A stretch of DNA of 63,986 nt, the filler included, from Intoshia linei (lineage: Eukaryota > Animalia > Orthonectida), in assembly GCA_001642005.1 (NCBI GenBank). It is 4 parts of 4 records of this genome, joined end to end, with 100 filler letters (N's around TTAATTAATTAA, not from the genome) between each part and the next. Parts side by side here need not be neighbours in the genome. Positions count along the whole stretch, not along the records: positions 32,251 to 62,517 come from LWCA01000365.1; 3 more parts are not named here. One strand, 5' to 3'. The position numbers were made by a program, and so were the translations under genes. The first letter of the stretch is position 1. Each line of letters starts with the position of its first letter. This document shows positions 41,897 through 56,325 of this stretch, in pieces. Below the pieces are notes generated by a model. That model did not search any database and was not told the origin of the DNA. It worked only from the letters and a program-made list of their open reading frames with translations.

Positions 41897-43224
41897 ATGT
41901 AGCCCTAGTCACCTCTACAAGGCTCTTGACTTGACATTTCAAATTTAACATACAAAATACAGATATAGTTGTGATATTCAAGAATATAATTTTTTAATGC
42001 TCAATTTAGAAAAATTTCATCGAGGCCCCTCTTCGAGGGGTCTCGGTACGGTTTGTTTGACATCAGATTTCACGTTATAACTAATTGACTGGTTTCCGAC
42101 TACCGATAGTACTTGGACCAATAATTATAATCATTATAATGATTATTTGATCATAAATTTTACCTAAATTTTCCCAAATTATTTTATTTATAAATAAATG
42201 TATGTAGTTTCTCTGTTATATTTTTGAAAAAATCGAAACATTGGAAATTTTTTTCTGGTATTATTTTATAAAATATTTAAACTACATTATTGTATGTATA
42301 AATTGCCATTTAAATGACAAATTTTCAAAAATGTTGAAAAATTAAAACAAAAAATGAAAATTTAAAATTTAAAATTTAATTTAAAACATCATTTACTGTA
42401 CTATAATTAATAAAATTAAAAAACATCTATCAAAGAATTTGATTAAAATAAAGAGATTAAATTTAAATAAAACAATACATTATAGTTTAATTTACACACA
42501 AAAATATATATGAAATCGATAGAGTTAATAATGAGAGTAATATGATGAGATAATTAAGATATATAATTTATGAATCCAATAAAATACATTTTTATAATCA
42601 AATTAAAATCAATATACAAATCATTAGATAATGGACTCGCTAATTAGTTTAGATAGAATTAAATCCGTTCAACGATAAATTTTATATATTATATACTTAT
42701 CCATTTACTAACACTGCATATTTTGACTTTTTAATACAAGTTATATTTCAATAATTGCGGATCTAATTTAATGAAGGCCTTTATTTGTATTATACAGACA
42801 ATTGAATGAATTTTGCATTACAAATCAACTTATAAACTTATTTACTACATTATTGTATATTGTTATTGAATTTATATGAATTACACGTAAATTATATATA
42901 TTAAAATTAGAATAAATTGACTACATTTGAAACAATTTGACTATAATGGATAACCACGCCTATTCGATTATAAATACCAAAATGCAGTAGCTAAAACAGT
43001 AAACTTGTAGCAAACAACTATTGGATGAATAGAGCTCAATTATACTTAATCGAGAAGGTTGATTTTTAATTTAACTAACAACATAAGTAGATTATTTCTA
43101 ATTATGTATACTAATTTTAAAATCGTTTCAAGGTTTATATCCAGAAATAATCATTAATTATTTTACATTGTATTAAGACACTTTTTTTAAGCAATATTTT
43201 AATACTGTTTTAAAACTTGTTTAA

Positions 43225-46200
43225 ATGTCTAATAAAGATTTAAACTCGGTCGATTCTGTTGAATCAGTTAAATCAATCAACTCTGAAAACTCTCAACAAT
43301 CTATTAATCCAAGATTAAGCAAATTTTCGCCACAAATTAATCAAAATTCAAAATCAAAAAATAACAATAGTAAAAGAAGTAAAGAAAATTTTAAAAATTT
43401 AAAATTGAAATATGAAACACAAATTCATTGTAAAAAAATAAAAATTGAAAATATAAATGAATTAAAACATGATGATTTAAACCTAAAAATTGAAAATATT
43501 GACAAAGTTGAAAAATCTATATTTAGTATAAACCATATTCTCTGTTCAAGTACAAAAAAACAAAATTGTCCTCAAATTAATAATTTTGAGTCTGAAACAT
43601 GTCATAAAAATATACAAAATTTACAACGTTCCAAAAATCCAGTAGAACAATCGAGTTTATTAAAATTATCAAATTCTATTAATCAAATTGATTTTTTAAA
43701 TTTTTCAAAAGAGGAAAAAATTAAAAATGAAATTAAATGCAAAAGTGATTGGGATAAAGCCATTTTTAATAATTTATCTGAAAATTTACATCGAAATCAT
43801 AATCACAATCAAAACCATAATCATAATCATAATCAAATTCAAACTCAAAATTTACACCAAACCAACTCTCAACTTGCTAATTTAACAAGTATTAATGATA
43901 ACTTGATGCTCAATCGACTTAAATGCTCCTCGGATCAAATGAGTTACCCTTTATCTTTAAATCCCTCTACAGATTTGTACGGTAAAAACTGGATCGCCAA
44001 GATTCAACAGGAATATTGTAATTTTTTAATTCATCATTGTCATTATTATCATTACGTGAAGTGTTCTAATTAGGACCGTGGAGAAGGGGCTAGGGTCATA
44101 TAACGCGGTTTACAATCATGAGGCCTACTTTTTAAATTTATTAATAGATAACGTTGGAAAATTTCTTAAGTATACCAAAATTATCGTACAATAAATTGTT
44201 CTATGCTATTTTCAACAGTTATTTTGAATTGTTAGATATTGAAAAAGCCATTAAGCAATGAATAGATATCCCATTTTTTTAAAATTTTTTATAGGGCATA
44301 CTGCTGGTTCTCCACGGCTCTGGTTATAATAACAATCGTTAACTTGTTTAAGTGCATTTCTTTCATTTTATTTGGAAACTATATTACCGTTTATTATACT
44401 AATTTTTATAGTTAGAGTTAGAGTTTAAACTCAACTAAACTCAGCTAATCTCAGATTCTCGTCGGTAGTATCTAATCGGTACCTGAAAAAATATTACTGC
44501 AAAATAAAATACAATACATAAATGAATTGACAAATTTTTTTTTAATTTTTAAATATTTTTGAATGGATAATAAGTAAATAATAAAAATTTAGTAACAATT
44601 TAAGTAAATTAAATTAAATATAATTTTAAACTAATAGTTCCTGTACAATCTACACGATTTACACGACATTTCCTTTAATCCTATATTAGTATGGTTAATT
44701 AATACATATAATGTACTTTTTGTTGAAAGTCATACAATTACCAAAAATTTAAAACCCACCTAAATGGCGTTTTAAAGTTTTTCATATCCCCCTCTAGATT
44801 AGAGCCGAACTTATAGTACCGAGATCCCTCTTAAGGTATCTAGATGAAATTTTTGCAGAATCGGGGCATTATTTTTTCAAATTGAGATTTTAAAATTTAA
44901 AAAAATTATATTCTTGAATAATACTATTATTATACATTTATTTTGTATGATAAATTTAAAATATCAATTTAACACCTTTCAGAGGTAACTAATCTAACTA
45001 GGGTTATATGATATTGTGAATAATTTTCAAAAAATTGAAAATTTGTTGAAATTTTTCCTGTATACTACCTGGAAAACACTCTATGATCTATGATATTAAT
45101 TATTTTATTTTATTTTTATTATTGTTCGACATTTTTTTTTCAAAATTGGTGTTTTAACCCTGAAGGTATCAATTTCTAAGAATAAAATTTATGATAATAC
45201 ATTTCCTGAAAAACTGTATTATAATTTGTATTTTTTTTAAATTCTAGGAATTTTAATTTTTTAAATCAACGGTAACACACATATCATATCAATTTTAATA
45301 TAAGTGAAGATATTAAAATATAACAAAGTATGAAAATATAAAAAAATTGTTTGTAATTTACACCTCACTGTGGACATTCATATATTTTAAAATTAAATCA
45401 CTCTATTTTGATGTATAGTACAATATAAAAAGATTTTTAGACCTTTTATTAACACTAGTGCCACAAAAAGCACAGATGAGGATCGGGTCAGATGAATACT
45501 GTAAGATTAATTTTCGAAATTATTATGAAAAAATTTTGCATCATACGAAAAATTTTTGTACATTAGCAATTAATTTAGAATAGTAGTGACCGTCATAATA
45601 TCGTCCCGACCTACGTATTCTAAATCTTCTCCACGTTTTTGATTGTCGTCAACTAAATGATTCTAAATAATTATAATCAAAAACATTCAAATTTTCATCT
45701 AAATTTTACATAATACACATATGATAATAAGCTGAATATTTATTTTTTCGATCGCAACTTGCGCAAGATCGGCACTACCTTTTTCGGACATTCAGATCAC
45801 TTTAACTGTTATATCCTTAGCACGTCTTTTTGTATTATAGTATGTGCAAACATGTATCAAAATTGTAAAAATGTAATGATTATAACGTTTTCAAGACTAT
45901 TATGTTTCAACACTGTATCCATGTTAATCGTTACAAATTTTTTTGGTATTTAACCCTTAATAACTCAGCTTGTAATAATCAAAGTGTTTTTTAGAAAATC
46001 ACATTTAATAAAAAATTGACTACAAATTGTAGTTGTTTCGAATTTCGAATTTTTCCACATTCACTGTTATCTCAAGTTAAGAACGCAGTAAAGTTTCATT
46101 ACAATTTTTCTATTAAAATTTATTAATTAAATATTAATACCAACAAAAATAAATATAATGTAATTTTAATAAATGTTTTTTTAGATTACAAACAATTAGT

Positions 46201-48859
46201 TTTTCAAAAACTAAACTCCAAGGTCGGAATAAACAATTTTCAAGAAAATTCTTCAAAATACATGTACGATATGGGTACATTTTCAAAGTACATGAACCCA
46301 ACAAACCAGGAATCTATATTAAATACTTTAAAAGTTAAAAAAAGTGTTGAATCAGAAACAAAGCAAGAATTTTATGATGCCGGAAGCATACTATTAAAAA
46401 ATAATTCGCCTGTTGGTAGCAATAAAACTCAAATTGTGTAATATATAAATTAATTCATAATTTTTCAATTTGTTTTTATCAATTTTTAATAGTTTAATAG
46501 TGTATGTTATTTAGACAATAACAATTATCGATACTTTTTAAATTGCAATTGTAAATTTATACTCAATAATTTACTTTCAATCCATTTTTCAATTATCACA
46601 TTATTTCATTGTACTTTTAAACATTTAAGCCTTTTAACATTATAATAAATAATTTGAAACCAATGAATATAAATCATTATTATAAAAATATAAAAATAAT
46701 TTATAAATCTAGAGAAAATGAACAATGTGCATCATCAATACATCAGAGTGAAGACTATAAAGACAAGTCAAATGAAATTTTGAGTGATTCTGAAAATCGA
46801 CGAAAAAAAAAAACTAGAACAGTTTTTTCCAGAAGTCAAATTTATCAACTTGAATCAATGTTTGAAGTTAAACGGTACTTGTCCAGTACAGAACGATCTT
46901 CGTTGGCAACAAATTTAAGGTTGAGTGAAACTCAAGTTAAAATTTGGTTTCAGGTATATTTTTAAATTTATTAATGCATTAATTAAAATTTTACATTTGA
47001 CATACATTTAAACTTAATAATTATAATTTGAGTTTATATAAGATCAATCATGATTAACATAAAATTCAGAAACTAATTAAAAATGAAAATTAATATTTAA
47101 TGTTTTATAACTACAATAAATGTAAACAAATTTAAAATTTAGATAATAATCAATGTCAAAATAAATCACAACTATATAATAATCTTAACAATCTGTATAT
47201 TCTATTATAACTAACTCTTTGAAATTGAATTATCAAGTAATCGTGTAGGATTTATGTTTTATTTTCAATTAATATAAATCATTAAATTATTGCATCCAAA
47301 TTTGATTTATGACGTGTTTGAATCTATTCAAATTCTTAATTTAACATTAGAATAATAATATTAGCATAATCATAAAATAATAATATACATATATAATGTA
47401 TTTAAAATTTTCATTGGCAGTGTCAATATATTGACAAACATGATATATAAATATATAAACGTTTTAAAAGTGTTACATTTGATTAACTACTGACTTGTCT
47501 CAAACATCAGCTAGCTCATAAAAGAATGAACGTTTTCAGATATATATTTTTATACATTATAACATATTCAAACATTCAGTACATATTTAAATTTTTTTAA
47601 ATTTGCTTATAAATTTTTTATGATGGTTATAGGATGAATATGAGCCGAAAGATCTGTATTTCGAGACATATCTTGAACCCTCGACACAATTTTTGTAAAA
47701 TGGTGGCGTCATTTTTTCAAATTGAGCATTAAAAAAATTATATTCTTGAATATCATGAATGATATTTTGTGTTTTAAATTTTAAATATATAATCAAGAAC
47801 CTTAGGGATGTTGTTAGGGGCTTTGATAACATGCATAGTTTGTCCAAAAAATTTTTCGGCTTATTTTTCAATTTCAAGGCCTCGAATTTTGGATAGATTC
47901 GGCTCTATATGGGACAGTCATTTTTCTCAATAAATGGTATACGCACAGTCATGCTGTAATATTTTTAGCAATTTGTACTCTATATCAGGCATGCTCAACC
48001 CTTTTTCGCTGTGGACCCTTATATGATATTACAAAAAACCTGTGAACCCACAAAAAAATTAATAATAATGACAATTTTGAATGAATTCATAATAAAATTA
48101 AATAAATCATAAATTCTAAATTTATATTTAATTTTAAATTTTAAAATAATTAAATAAAACGGCTGCTCCTAAAATAGAACAATGGAGGTTTCCCAATAAG
48201 TTTTTACACTTGTAAATAATTCAATTTAATACCAAAGAATTTACTTTTACATGATGTGCACGTTATATATTAGTATTTCTGAGCCTTTATTTTTTAAAAA
48301 CGACTTTATGCTACTGAAAATGTCTATAATATGTAATAAATGTATATAATTTTCATAGACCCCAAAAAATTGGTTAATAAATTGGTTAACAGATTCTAGG
48401 AAACATGGTTCCATGATTAACCAAATTCCGTTATTTGCCAAAATTTTTGAATTCCCGATTTTGGCGAATTTTTTAGATAAATTTATTTTAATAGGGGGAA
48501 CTAAGGTAAAAAAATTTTTATAATAAAAATTACCGCATTATATATGTTTAAAAATATCAGAATTTAAGGTTCATATTCTTTAATTTTTTAAAATTAAATT
48601 GATTTAGAATCGACGTAACAAATGGAAACGGCAATTTGCAGCAGATTTGGATGCTGTATCATTAGTAAATTCAACAGTAAACCACAGTACGCCACATAAT
48701 GCAGTAGCTGTTGCGGCGGCCGCAGCAGCCATGATTGGAAATAATAAATTGAAAATGGGTTTTCCATTAAATTTATATCAACCAACACCCAATATACCAA
48801 AAAATGACCAATTTTCAAATGCGCATTTATTCAACCTCGTGCAAAGAAGGTATATATAA
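43225..48859 (+). CDS. Hmx: NK5/Hmx homeobox transcription factor
   Basis: Exons 43225-43981, 46185-46437, 46713-46953, 48608-48859 (exon 2/3 junction has an alternative). eh1 motif FSINHIL; homeodomain [32 protein letters not shown]...KIWFQ|NRRNKWKRQ, then FAADLD (Hmx-type LAAELE motif); His/Asn and poly-Ala tracts. Confidence 0.95.
44071..44322. mobile_element. hAT MITE in Hmx intron 1
   Basis: TIRs TAGGACCGTGGAGA / TCTCCACGGCTCTG; TSD GTTCTAAT / GTTATAAT (7/8). Confidence 0.8.
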
Positions 48860-50846
48860 TAATTTATAGAAAAATAATTAATCAAATTGTAAACACAATA
48901 ATTTGTCCCTAATTTGTAAAATAATATTAAATTGATTGAAATTACTATTGCAATGTGATGAATTAACATGTTGGAAATTTTAAACATTTTAAATATTTTA
49001 ATAATTTTATTTATTGTTTACAATTTCATTAAATTTTATGAAATAAATTTTGATTATTAGATTTAATATAGATAAAGCACCTTATTGACAATATGAATAA
49101 TAATTTCATAAAATATAGCATTTAAATTCAAAATCATAATTCTTTACTAAAATTCAACGCCAAATGTTTATTTATGTATTTAGAATGATAATAAATCCTT
49201 ACACCTAATCTCATGTATTTTATACATATTGTTGTATTCATCAACTATTGTTAAACATGGCATTACATTTTGTCAAATTTGACAGTTTACTTTGTTGACT
49301 TTGCGTAAAATTTCATCGTTTTATAAATTTTTTAATTATTTCAATAAAATCAAAATTGAGTATTTTGATGAATTTATTAGCACATTACATAAACACTTTA
49401 GGCTATAATGGATTTAATGATGTTTTAACCTATATAATAACAGTACATAAAGTAATTACCACAATTTGTCAAATTTAGACATTCAATTACAGTTATGAAT
49501 TTATCAAGATGTGTCTTGATTTACATTTTTAATAGATAATTCAATTCAAATTTTACTTTTCAATGACAAATGGACAAGTTGTAATTTTATGGATTAAAAA
49601 TTAACTTAAGTGGATTAATTTTAAAAAAACACAATTTATACAATCATAAAGATTAGTAACCGGTTTAATGCACAATTTGAGATAATAATTAAAGTGTCAG
49701 AAAGCCAGTTCATGCAAACGACTAACGCATACATTTTTGTTTATATACAAGTGGATACGCATGTATGCCTATTGTTTAAATCAAAATGTCCTCCCACTCA
49801 ATTTGCTTCATTTAATCATAATGTTTATTTTAAAATTTTAATGAATATTAGACTTTAATTTAAAGTGAATAATTAACGTCAAATGTTAATTAGAAACGCA
49901 AGATTGTTCAATTGTGCTCAATTATATTCAATTGTTTTGAATATACTCAATTTTCAATTTAAATTAACTTTTATAAACGCAATGTTTCAATTCTATTATT
50001 GTGATTCAATGAATTTGATCAATGGTTTTCTTTTATGTTCGCATAAAATTAAATTTTTTAGTATTTGTATTCAATATAATAAAGTTTTCAAGTATATGTA
50101 TTTAATAAATACTATTTATATGTTTATATTATAATAAAAGTTTACTTAATTAACCCTTTCGTGATGAATATATTTCAATATTATAATTTTTCGTAAATAA
50201 ATAAATTATAAATAAAAATAAATAAAAAGTTTTATAAGGGACTCTTAAAAAATTTAAAAAACATTTATTTGAACAGAAACAGCTCGAAGAGGGGTCCCGT
50301 AGATTCAGCCTGGCCATCGATATTTACAATTCTTGGTTTTTATTTTCAATATAATTTAACGTTTTGGAAATTAAAAAATTTTGGTTGATAAAATATTAAA
50401 ATTTGTTTTTACGGAAAGATTTCTTAATGCAAATTTCTCAGGTTGAAATTTTTTAACATAAATAAATTAAACAAAAGTATCTTTGAATTTACTTTATTTT
50501 AAAATCTAAGAGTTTAACTAATTTTTCAATTAAACGTTAAAACACCATTAAATATACACTAACATAAGATAAAGATAAACATATAGTAATATACAATAGT
50601 AGATTATGCGAACCACCTTTTGAAAATAATGGAAGAATTCATTTTTTTCGTTTTAATTAATATACATGTATTTCGCAATATCTAATAAAAATTTTGTATC
50701 AAAGTGAATATTTATATATGACCGTAAGATTTATCAAATTGTACCCAACCTACAAAAGGTTGGCGAAATGTGACAACACAAACAAAATTAAAAAATTAAT
50801 TTTAATATAGCGAAAATACAAAGTATACAAGATGAGTATTTAAAAA

Positions 50847-52848
50847 TTATTCATTAAGAAAAATTTGTATTATCTTTTGTATTTCGCTAATTCGATTGAG
50901 ATAATTATCCTTCATTTTTGAGTTACGCACGGTAATAGATTTCAAAACATTTCGTAGTTTTTTCTGATATGTAATTTTTACTAAATATAATACATGAATC
51001 ATTATCATACATTTATATTGTATATATAATAAAATAACTAAACTAAAGTAAAACTTAATAACTTGATACTGGAAGACAATAAAATGAAAATAATTAAAAA
51101 ATAATTTTTTTAACATTTTATAACATTTTGTATACATTTTAATTTATTTATAATTACCATTGTATTTGTTATTGACTTTCAGTATATAAATAATGACAAA
51201 TTTTTACTCAGAAACGACCAACGATACGTTATGTTATATAACTTGACGAATTTTTTTGGGTATATCCGTATATAACAACCGTTATATATGTATTGATTGG
51301 GTTTATATGTTTGTAAAAAAATTAAACATAAATATTAATTTAAATTTAATATATAATCAGTTCTGCATAATCTAAATATCTTAGAATTCAAACATTGGGA
51401 TTTAAACAAATTATAATATATTTTAGTTTACAGTTATTTTTATTTTTATTGGTGAATTTTTGATATTTATTACATTGTTGTCAGATGTTGGGAATTTATC
51501 CCACAGCCAAGACAATTGCTACATTATTATTTCAAAAATCCCACTTTTATTCCACCATAATTAAAATTAAAATTTAATAAAAAATACAATTTCAAACCAT
51601 CAACAAAAAATTAAATATATTACCGATAATATACCTACAATGGACGATAAATTATCTATATTTTTTTGAAAAACTCGATTTTATTAACCTTATCAGAAAT
51701 TCCAATTAATTAAACCCCAACATAAAAAGCCAATTTTACCAATTCAATACTTAAAGGAAATATCTTCTTTTTTCAATATTTTTTTGAAAAATCTGATATT
51801 ACTAAATATTATGAGCAACAATTTCCTAATGGAAAAATCTTATTAGAAAAAACATTTTATTTTTTGATAAATGTTTTATATTTAATGTATTCATTGGGGT
51901 CCAAAAAAATAATATTTTGAAATGGTGGTCCATGCACTATTTGAATCGGGAACACTGCATTAAATGTAATTAAAATTTTTTAATTGATTTTATATCAATT
52001 TTATTACTTCACCAAGTTAATAAGGACTGACAGTAACATTGTTAAACTTAACATAAAAAAACTTACTTTTTTTAAGTCGAATGATTATTTGATTTCTTTC
52101 AATTTCCGTCATTATTTCATATAATTCATTGTAATCAATATATTCAAATTCATAATTTTGATTATTTCCACCTTGCTTTGAAAAATCAATGCTACTAAAT
52201 TAAACTAAAGAAACATCCTAATATAAAATTACATTTCTTTATTAAAATTATCCAGACAAAATGCGACGAGATTGTTATCAAGAGTAGTATCATTAGATTT
52301 AGGTAAAAATTTGCGTTTAGTGTAACTATTTCGATATTTTTTTTTGTTTGATTTGAGAGTTGAAATAGGCTAAAGATAACAGTATATAATGGCATCATAA
52401 AAAATGTTTAAATAACCTTGGATTTAAGAATAGACCCACTAACATATGGTAGTTTCTTGTCTTTGTTTATATTTACAACAGGAATGGGTTCTTCATTATG
52501 TACAAAAACACGAACAGTACGTGGAGTAGGTGGAGAAAGAAGTTTTTCATTCTAAAATATTAAATGATCAGGATATAAAAATAATAACCGAGTTGGGCAT
52601 AGTTATATTTGGTACAAATCTGCTATAACTTTTGGTATTTTCGACATAAGGGCATACGGATCCTATTAGAGAAATCATTAGATTATGCAGTGTCACAATG
52701 TAAGTAAAGTAATCATTTAAAGGTTATATAAATTACTTCGTTTATAGCTTAGTTGCCTTTTTAAGTTGCATTTTTCCGTACTGATAACAGAAGACAGACT
52801 GAGCAAATCAAAATCCGTGATAAACTTTTCATTGAATACTTGGTACAT
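50847..52848 (-). CDS. Orphan protein (>=239 aa) with C-terminal SARAH-like helix
   Basis: Phase-consistent exons 52848-52737, 52662-52589, 52551-52417, 52369-52233, 52194-52067, 50980-50847 (introns 74, 37, 47, 38, ~1090 nt); open throughout. True start uncertain. Confidence 0.7.
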
Positions 52849-54320
52849 TAGTATTAAATATTAACTATTGCGTCAAAATTAAGTTGATACTTTTCACTTT
52901 TCAATATAATGAATATCGCTTGTATACTTAGCACAATTGCAAGTTTTCCATAAAAGTTAATATAATTGTTTGCATAGATGTTTTAGTACCAATATCTTTA
53001 AACAAATAATTGTAGATACCACGAATTAATGTAATTATACCAAGCTTCTTTAAAAGGAAACATCAATTGTTTCTGTCAAATTAGTATTATTTTTTCCAAT
53101 TTATCACACTTCCCAGAATGATGAAATTTGGATATTCAAATACATATTGCAATGTACATTAATTCTCAATTCGTGTTTATACATTTAAATTCATTTAATT
53201 ATTATCAATTTATAAATGGGTGTAAATCTAAAATACAATATATACATATACAATAAATAAGTCATAAAAGTTCAAATACAAAAATACAAAATTTATGTGA
53301 AAATATCCTTTTGAGTTGACAATGTCAACTTTCCTTAAGTTAAGTTTTACTCTATTACCAAGTTTTATGTATAACTTCTTCTTAAGCTATTTTGTATAAC
53401 TCATCCTAAAAATAAGTAGCACTCAATTTTTTAACTTTTATTTACGTAAAATTACATGCATACCTGTATATTTCGATGCATCCACGTATATTCAAAAAAC
53501 TGGCGCTTAATTTTAAAAAAGAATTAACGGACTTTTTTAAATTAAATTTTAAATTCTTTTAAATTTTAACAAAAAATTTTATTAATCTAAATCAGGGCTA
53601 TCCAAAGCGTGTCCCGCGGGCCGCATGCGGCCCTCGATATTGTTTACTAATATATTTTTAAAACATTGATTTACAGAAATATAATAATTACATTATCTAT
53701 CATTAATTTAAATTTTTTTAAAATAATTACGTTTTTCTGTATTAATTATTCTCAACTTCCTACTTTTTGTACTTTACTATAATAATTCTAACTTTTTGGC
53801 CTTTTGTATTATTATAACTTTATACATTATTTATTATATTTTGAATTGACTTAATATTCATAGCTTGATACTTGTAGTAATTTTCTCATTAATCTGTGAA
53901 ATTTTGACTTTTTGGATTTATATTTGCCCATCAACTATATTTTTTAATGTTGCGGCCTGCGAAATTAGTAAAATTTATTTTGTGGCCCTCACCCGCTATT
54001 TGTTTAAAATACCCTGATCTAAATAATGAAATATTTCACTCGTGTGAGCATAAAAGGTATGCAGTTCTCGTCTATATTTATTCTCCAAAGAGTAATTTGT
54101 AAGTTTATTAAAAAAAATTAAAATGTTGATATTATTTTTTAAACACCCTTTTGGCCATGTTGGAAACCTCAGTGAACTCACTATCAATAAGAAATATTTT
54201 TAAATAAAATATGTATTATTTTTAATATGATAACTTATCAGTGATAACAATAACAATCATGATGGCTATAAATATTTTTACCGAAAAGTGGGTCTAACAT
54301 GAAAAGATTCATGTTGTCTG
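52849..54320 (-). pseudogene. Exon-like segments upstream of the orphan gene, with stops/frameshifts
   Basis: Minimal introns persist (e.g. 37-nt GTGTGA...TACTAATTTGACAG near 53073-53109; CAG|GTATGC...TTTTAG near 53406-53463). No splice chain I tried stays open (e.g. DELYKIA*EEV). Confidence 0.4.
53593..54016. mobile_element. hAT MITE with perfect 8-bp TSD
   Basis: CAGGGCTATCCAAA...TTTAAAATACCCTG; ATCTAAAT at 53585-53592 and 54017-54024; subterminal GCGGGCCGCATGCGGCCC palindrome. Confidence 0.85.
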
Positions 54321-55830
54321 ATTTAAAAATTCTATGCTAATATTAATTACATTACATTAAAATACGTGTGTCAATATTTAGAATGCGCAATATATGTAAA
54401 TATCAGTCATCTGCAGTAATTATGTACATGCAGTACATGCAATGTACTATGTAGTAAAAAACATGCAGAACCTGCATTGCAGGTTGATGTGAATATAAAT
54501 GCAAACTCCCTTTAGATTTAGCAAAATAAAAACTTAAATATGTTGCCAAAATCTCCATTAGAGGTCCTCGACAAATTATACTATCTATTGACGAAAAGAC
54601 TTTCAGTATATTTTCCCACAAAACAACTTTGTTGGTTTCTGTCTAGTAATTCACGTATGGCCAAAGCGGGCAGACAACCAAACCAAAAATTATCATCGAG
54701 AAAATATAATAGGAGAAGACTGTGTTATTTATTTACCTGAAAAGGTATTTGAGCTTCAAATCTCAATAAACAAATATATTTAATATAAGAAATCTATTCT
54801 AAATAATTTTGTATTGATATCTTAAAAATACGATCTTTCAAAACATAAACCAGAAAAAGATAAAATAAATTAAACTAAATGAGGTAAAGTTGAAAATCAA
54901 TAATTGAACATGTACTAGGCATTTTTCCTTTTCGATTAAGCAATAATCTAAAACGGTGGTTCCCGATTCGGGGTCGCTGGCCCATTGGTAGTCTAAAACT
55001 AGATTTATGTGGTCCCTGAAATTTAAATAAAAAATAAAAATAAAATTTTAAATTTTAAATTTTGTTAATTTTTATAGGAGAATTTTTAATATTTATTACA
55101 GATTTGCAAGATGTTGGGAATTAATACCAAAGTCTAGAATTTTTTTAATTTGTCTTTTGACCATGAGTATATAGGTTTCTAAGATTAAAATTTAAGACAA
55201 TGTTAATAATTTTAAAAGGCTCCAATAATTTATGTTTTTTTAAGTTTTTTGGATAATTTTGTTTAAAAAAAAGGGGAAAATTCGGTTTTTGACTCTGAAG
55301 GACTGAATTTTAAAAAATAAAACTTAAATATAAACATCACCGCAAAACAAACTGTATTAGAAACTTTGTTTTTTAATTCCACGACTGTTCATTTTTCACT
55401 GTTAGGAATCACTGATTTTAGAAAATGTCCACCTAAAACTACTGCCGCAAATTTTAAAAAAAAAAAATATATACTAATTGAATAATTCTCACTCAAATCG
55501 AATTTAAGTGATAATTAATTATTAGAACAGCCACAATTAAACTAAATTATATTAATTTTTTTTGAAATAAAAATTACCATTACATTTAAAATTTAAATGG
55601 AACATTTCGATATAACAAATATAGCAATTAATTAAAACATAATACTACTAATAGTTTGAAAAAGTATGCATACATCAATCAGAGCCGAATTTTACAAGTT
55701 TTAGATACCCGAAAATAAAAATTAGGACCCTAAAAAAACTTTTGCAAACGATGGGTAGTGTCATATAGCCCAAGTCACCTCTCTAAGACTGTTGACTAAA
55801 CATTTTACACAAAAAATAGATGAGATTTAA

Positions 55831-56325
55831 CCCTTAGACACCGCATTACTCAGATATAAGTAATTTGAAATTTCAATAATATGGAAGTTACTAACAATAA
55901 TAAAGTCAAAGTTCCATCGTAGTGTTTAAGGCAGTGGCTCTCAACCCGTGTTCCGCGGAACCCAGGGGTTCCGTAAAATATAAATACGATATTTTTCAAT
56001 TTAATGTTTTTCTAAATGACTGTTGTTTTTAATTTTAATTTTACATAAATATAATCTTTAATATAAATTAAATATAATATCTAATATATAAAACCTCTGA
56101 AAAATATCAGGCCCAAATTTCTTATTGAGAAGAAAAAATACATTTTATTATTAAAAAATTTATGTTTTCAATATTAGAAGCGTAATTGTTTAATTAAAAA
56201 TCAAATTGTTTTACATATGCGACATGCGGAAAAAAATTTTAATCATGCTTTTAGGTGCCGCGATTTTTTGAAATTTCATAAAGGTTTTGCGCAGTAAAAA
56301 AGGTTTAGAAACACTGGTCTAAGGG
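55831..56325. mobile_element. piggyBac-like MITE with a hAT MITE (55932-56316) inside its right TIR
   Basis: TTAA flanks at 55827-55830 and 56326-56329; left TIR CCCTTAGACAC; right TIR split, with duplicated GTTTAAGG / GTCTAAGG. Confidence 0.8.

Noticed and set aside
54410-54490. TGCA/GTAC-rich palindromic cluster as an ncRNA
   Set aside because: Only short palindromes (AACCTGCA-T-TGCAGGTT); no coherent fold or known motif.
53300-54700. Stop-codon reassignment to explain in-frame TAA/TAG
   Set aside because: Long exons elsewhere have no internal stops, and Hmx and the orphan gene end in TAA; the standard code fits.
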